A stretch of 64,000 nucleotides of DNA, from NCBI GenBank assembly GCA_964016885.1, contig OZ024742.1:356810001-356874000 (forward strand), in the 5' to 3' direction. The translations under genes were made by a program, and so were the position numbers. Numbering within the stretch: the stretch's first letter is position 1; the number at the start of each line of letters is the position of its first letter. The notes beneath the pieces were generated by a model. It searched no databases and was not told the origin of the DNA. It worked only from the letters and a program-made list of their open reading frames with translations. Source of the stretch: Eledone cirrhosa. Taxonomy: Eukaryota. Positions 59,401 to 64,000 of this stretch are shown piece by piece.

Positions 59401-62400
59401 GTGGTGGTAATAGTTGTGGTGTTGGTGGTGGTGGTAGTCTTGGTGTTGGTGATGGTGGTGGTGGAGGTAATAGTTGTGGTATTGGTGGTGGAGGTAATAG
59501 TTGTGGTTTTGGTGGTGGTGGTAGTCTTGGTGTTGGTGATGGTGGTGGAGGTAATAGTTGTGGTGTTAGTGGTGGTGGTAGTCTTGGTGTTGGTGATGGT
59601 GGTGGAGGTAATAGTTGTGGTTTTGATGTTGGTGGTAGTCTTGGTGTTGGTGATGGTGGTGGAGGTAATAGTTGTGGTGTTGGTGGTGGTGGTAGTCTTG
59701 GTGATGGTGATGGTGGTGGAGGTAATAGTTGTGGTGTTGATGGTGGTGGTAGTCTTGGTGATGGTGATGGTGGTGGTGGTAATAGTTGTGGTGTTGATGG
59801 TGGTGGTAGTCTTGGTGTTGGTGTGGTTGGTGGTGGAGGTAATAGTTGTGGTTTTGGTGGTGGTGGTAGTCTTGGTGTTGGTGATAGTGGTGGTGGTAAT
59901 AGTTGTGGTGTTGGTGGTGGTGGTAGTCTTGGTGTTGGTGATGGTGGTGGTGGTAATAGTTGTGGTTTTGGTGGTGGTGGTAGTCTTGGTGATGGTGTTG
60001 GTGTTGGAGGTAATAGTTGTGGTGTTGATGTTGGTGGTAGTCTTGGTGTTGGTGTTGGTGGTGGAGGTAATAGTTGTGGTGTTGGTGGTGGTGGTAGTCT
60101 TGGTGTTGGTGATGGTGGTGGAGGTAATAGTTGTGGTGTTGATGGTGGTGGTAGTCTTGGTGATGGTGATGGTGGTGGTGGTAATAGTTGTGGTGTTGAT
60201 GGTGGTGGTAGTCTTGGTGTTGGTGTGGTTGGTGGTGGAGGTAATAGTTGTGGTTTTGGTGGTGGTGGTAGTCTTGGTGTTGGTGATAGTGGTGGTGGTA
60301 ATAGTTGTGGTGTTGGTGGTGGTGGTAGTCTTGGTGTTGGTGATGGTGGTGGTGGTAATAGTTGTGGTTTTGGTGGTGGTGGTAGTCTTGGTGTTGGTGA
60401 TGGTGGTGGAGGTAATAGTTGTGGTTTTGGTGGTGGTGGTAGTCTTGGTGTTGGTGATGGTGGTGGAGGTAATAGTTGTGGTGTTGATGTTGGTGGTAGT
60501 CTTGGTGATGGTGATGGTGGTGGTGGTAATAGTTGTGGTGTTGATGGTGGTGGTAGTCTTGGTGATGGTGATGGTGGTGGTGGTAATAGTTGTGGTGTTG
60601 ATGGTGGTGGTAGTCTTGGTGTTGGTGATGGTGGTGGAGGTAATAGTTGTGGTGTTGATGGTGGTGGTAGTCTTGGTGATGGTGATGGTGGTGGTGGTAA
60701 TAGTTGTGGCGTTGATGGTGGTGGTAGTCTTGGTGTTGGTGTGGTTGGTGGTGGAGGTAATAGTTGTGGTTTCGGTGGTGGTGGTAGTCTTGGTGTTGGT
60801 GATGGTGGTGGTGGTAATAGTTGTGGTGTTGGTGGTGGTGGTAGTCTTGGTGTTGGTAATTGTGGTGGTGGTAATAGTTGTGGTTTTGGTGGTGGTGGTA
60901 GTCTTGGTGTTGGTGATGGTGGTGGAGGTAATAGTTGTGGTTTTGGTGGTGGTGGTAGTCTTGGTGTTGGTGATGGTGGTGGTGGTAATAGTTGTGGTGT
61001 TGGTGGTGGAGGTAATAGTTGTGGTGTTGGTGGTGGTGGTAGTCTTAGTGTGTTGGTGATGGTGGTGGTGGTAATAGTTGCGGTGTTAGTGGTGGTGGTA
61101 GTCTTGGTGTTGGTGATGGTGGTGGAGGTAATAGTTGCGGTGTTGGTGGTGGTGGTAGTCTTGGTGTTGGTGATGGTGGTGGAGGTAATAGTTTTGGTGG
61201 TGATGGTGGTGGTAGTCATGGTGTTGGTGATGGTGGTGGAGGTTATAGTTGTGGTGTTGGTGGTGGTGGTAGTCTTGGTGTTGGTGATGGTGGTGGAGGT
61301 AATAGTTGTGGTGTTGGTGGTGGTGGTAGTCTTGGTGTTGGTGATGGTGGTGGAGGTAATAGTTGCGGTGTTGGTGATGGTGGTGGTGGTAATAATTGTG
61401 GTGTTGATGGTGGTGGTAGTCTTGGTGTTGGTGATGTTGGTGGTGGTAATAATTGTGGTGTTGGTGGTGGTGGTAGTCTTGGTGTTGGTGATGGTGGTGG
61501 TGGTAATAATTGTGGTGTTGGTGATGGTGGTGGAGTCTTGGTGTTGGTGATGGTGGTGGTGGTAATAGTTGTGGTGTTGGTGGTGGTGGTAGTCTTGGTG
61601 TTGGTGATGGTGGTGGAGGTAATAGTTGTGGTGTTGATGGTGGTGGTAGTCTTGGTGTTGGTGATTGTGGTGGTAGTAATAATTGTGGTGTTGGTGGTGG
61701 TGGTAGTCTTGGTGTTGGTGGTAGTGGTGGTAGTCTTGGTGTTGGTGATGGTGGTGGAGGTAATAGTTGTGGTGTTGGTGGTGGTGGTAGTCTTGGTGTT
61801 GGTGCTCGTGGTGGTGGTAGTCTTGGTGTTGGTGTTGGTGGTGGAGGTAATAGTTGTGGTGTTGATGGTGGTGGTAGTCTTGGTGTTGGTGTTGGTGTTG
61901 GAGGTAATAGTTGTGGTGTTGGTGGTGGTGGTAGTCTTGGTATTGGTGATGGTGGTGGAGGTAATAGTTGTGGTGTTGGTGGTGGTGGTAGTCTTGGTGT
62001 TGGTGATGGTGGTGGTGGTAATAGTTGTGGTGTTGGTGGTGGTGGTAGTCTTGGTGTTGGTGTTGGTGGTGGAGGTAATAGTTGTGGTGTTGATGGTGGT
62101 GGTAGTCTTGGTATTGGGGTTGGTGGTGGTGGTAATAATTGTGGTGTTGGTGGTGGTCGTCGTCTTGGTGTTGGTGATGGTGGTGGAGGTAATAGTTGTG
62201 GTGTTGGTGGTGGTGGTAGTCTTTGTGTTGGTGGTGTTGGTGGTGGAGGTAATAGTTGTGGTGTTGGTGGTGGTGGTAGTCTTTGTGTTGGTGGTGTTGG
62301 TGGTGGAGGTAATAGTTGTGGTGTTGGTGGTGGTGGTAGTCTTGGTGTTGGTGGTGTTGGTGGTGGAGGTAATAGTTGTGGTGTTGGTGGTGGTGGTAGT

Positions 62401-64000
62401 CTTGGTGTTGGTGGTGTTGGTGGTGGAGGTAATAGTTGTGGTGTTGATGGTGGTGGTGGTAGTCTTGGTGTTGGTGATGGTGGTGGAGGTAATAGTTGTG
62501 GTGTTGGTGGTGGTGGTAGTCTTTGTGTTGGTGGTGTTGGTGGTGGAGGTAATAGTTGTGGTGTTGGTGGTGGTGGTAGTCTTTGTGTTGGTGGTGTTGG
62601 TGGTGGAGGTAATAGTTGTGGTGTTGGTGGTGGTGGTAGTCTTGGTGTTGGTGGTGTTGGTGGTGGAGGTAATAGTTGTGGTGTTGGTGGTGGTGGTAGT
62701 CTTGGTGTTGGTGGTGTTGGTGGTGGAGGTAATAGTTGTGGTGTTGATGGTGGTGGTAGTCTTGGTGTTGGTGGTGTTGGTGGTGGAGGTAATAGTTGTG
62801 GTGTTGGTGGTGGTGGTAGTCTTGGTATTGGGGTTGGTGGTGGTGGTAATAATTGTGGTGTTGGTGGTGGTCGTCGTCTTGGTGTTGGTGATGGTGGTGG
62901 AGGTAATAGTTGTGGTGTTGGTGGTGGTGGTAGTCTTTGTGTTGGTGGTGTTGGTGGTGGAGGTAATAGTTGTGGTGTTGGTGGTGGTGGTAGTCTTTGT
63001 GTTGGTGGTGTTGGTGGTGGAGGTAATAGTTGTGGTGTTGGTGGTGGTGGTAGTCTTGGTGTTGGTGGTGTTGGTGGTGGAGGTAATAGTTGTGGTGTTG
63101 GTGGTGGTGGTAGTCTTGGTGTTGGTGGTGTTGGTGGTGGAGGTAATAGTTGTGGTGTTGGTGGTGGTGGTAGTCTTGGTGTTGGTGGTGTTGGTGGTGG
63201 AGGTAATAGTTGTGGTGTTGGTGGTGGTGGTAGTCTTGGTGTTGGTGGTGTTGGTGGTGGAGGTAATAGTTGTGGTGTTGGTGGTGGTGGTAGTCTTGGT
63301 ATTGGGGTTGGTGGTGGTGGTAATAATTGTGGTGTTGGTGGTGGTCGTCGTCTTGGTGTTGGTGATGGTGGTGGAGGTAATAGTTGTGGTGTTGGTGGTG
63401 GTGGTAGTCTTTGTGTTGGTGGTGTTGGTGGTGGAGGTAATAGTTGTGGTGTTGGTGGTGGTGGTAGTCTTTGTGTTGGTGGTGTTGGTGGTGGAGGTAA
63501 TAGTTGTGGTGTTGGTGGTGGTGGTAGTCTTGGTGTTGGTGGTGTTGGTGGTGGAGGTAATAGCTGTGGTGTTGATGGTGGTGGTAGTCTTGGTGTTGGT
63601 GGTGTTGGTGGTGGAGGTAATAGTTGTGGTGTTGGTGGTGGCGGTAGTCTTGGTGTTGGTGATGGTGGTGGAGGTAATAGTTGTGGTGTTTATGGTGGAG
63701 CTAGTCTTGGTGTTGGTGATGGTGGTGGTGGTAATAGTTGTGGTGTTGGGTGTGGTGGTGGTGGTAGTCTTAGTGTTGGGGATGGTGGTGGTGGCAATAG
63801 TTGTGGTGTTGGTTGTGGAGGTAGTATTGGTGTTGGTGATGGTGGTGGTGGTAATAATTGTGGTGTTGATGGTGGTGGTAGTCTTGGTGTTGGTGATGGT
63901 GGTGGAGGTAATAGTTGTGGTGTTGGTGGTGGTGGTAGTCTTGGTGTTGGTGTTGGTGGTGGAGGTAATAGTTGTGGTGTTGGTGGTGGTGGTAGTCTTA
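32495..64000. repeat. ~57-bp (GGT)n-derived tandem satellite, G/T-rich on + strand, open at the right window edge
   Basis: Consensus GGTAATAGTTGTGGTGTTGRTGGTGGTGGTAGTCTTGGTGTTGGTGATGGTGGTGGA repeated for >31 kb (~550 units by length), with 54/60/90-bp triplet variants and recurrent +2/-1 variants. Confidence 0.98.

Noticed and set aside
32440-61550. Poly-Val 'membrane protein' ORFs (+) and Thr-, His- or Pro-rich mucin/extensin-like ORFs (-)
   Set aside because: These are alternative frames of a (GGT)n-derived repeat. They switch composition at each recurrent frameshift variant and have no unique domains.
32495-64000. Telomeric repeat tract
   Set aside because: G/T-rich but with no TTAGGG or other fixed short telomerase unit. 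The structure is a 57-bp composite.

Overview
AT-rich eukaryotic (animal) repeat DNA with no credible host protein-coding gene. The interspersed repeats resemble those I recall from Octopus genomes; that attribution is an inference and was not verified. There are three blocks. (1) 1-18463 is a C/A-rich 41-bp tandem satellite (consensus ATGGCATCCAACCCTCTACCAATACTGCCAATCCACCACCC, ~450 units by length) with nested higher-order duplications of 8728, 1791, 1374, 1258 and 696 bp. (2) 18464-~32490 is a 14-kb island of microsatellites, tRNA-derived SINEs, a 5'-truncated CR1/L2-type LINE nested in a SINE, and several inverted-repeat/MITE-like elements. (3) ~32495-64000 is a G/T-rich ~57-bp satellite built from (GGT)n triplets, running off the window end. 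The long ORFs in both arrays arise from stop-free periodic sequence. The most notable signal is that the 41-bp monomer matches the tRNA-derived, A-box-bearing 5' head of the SINE family found 11 kb away. One such SINE already carries a tandem head dimer, and the array ends in phase with the SINE 5' terminus, which suggests a satellite born from a Pol III promoter element.
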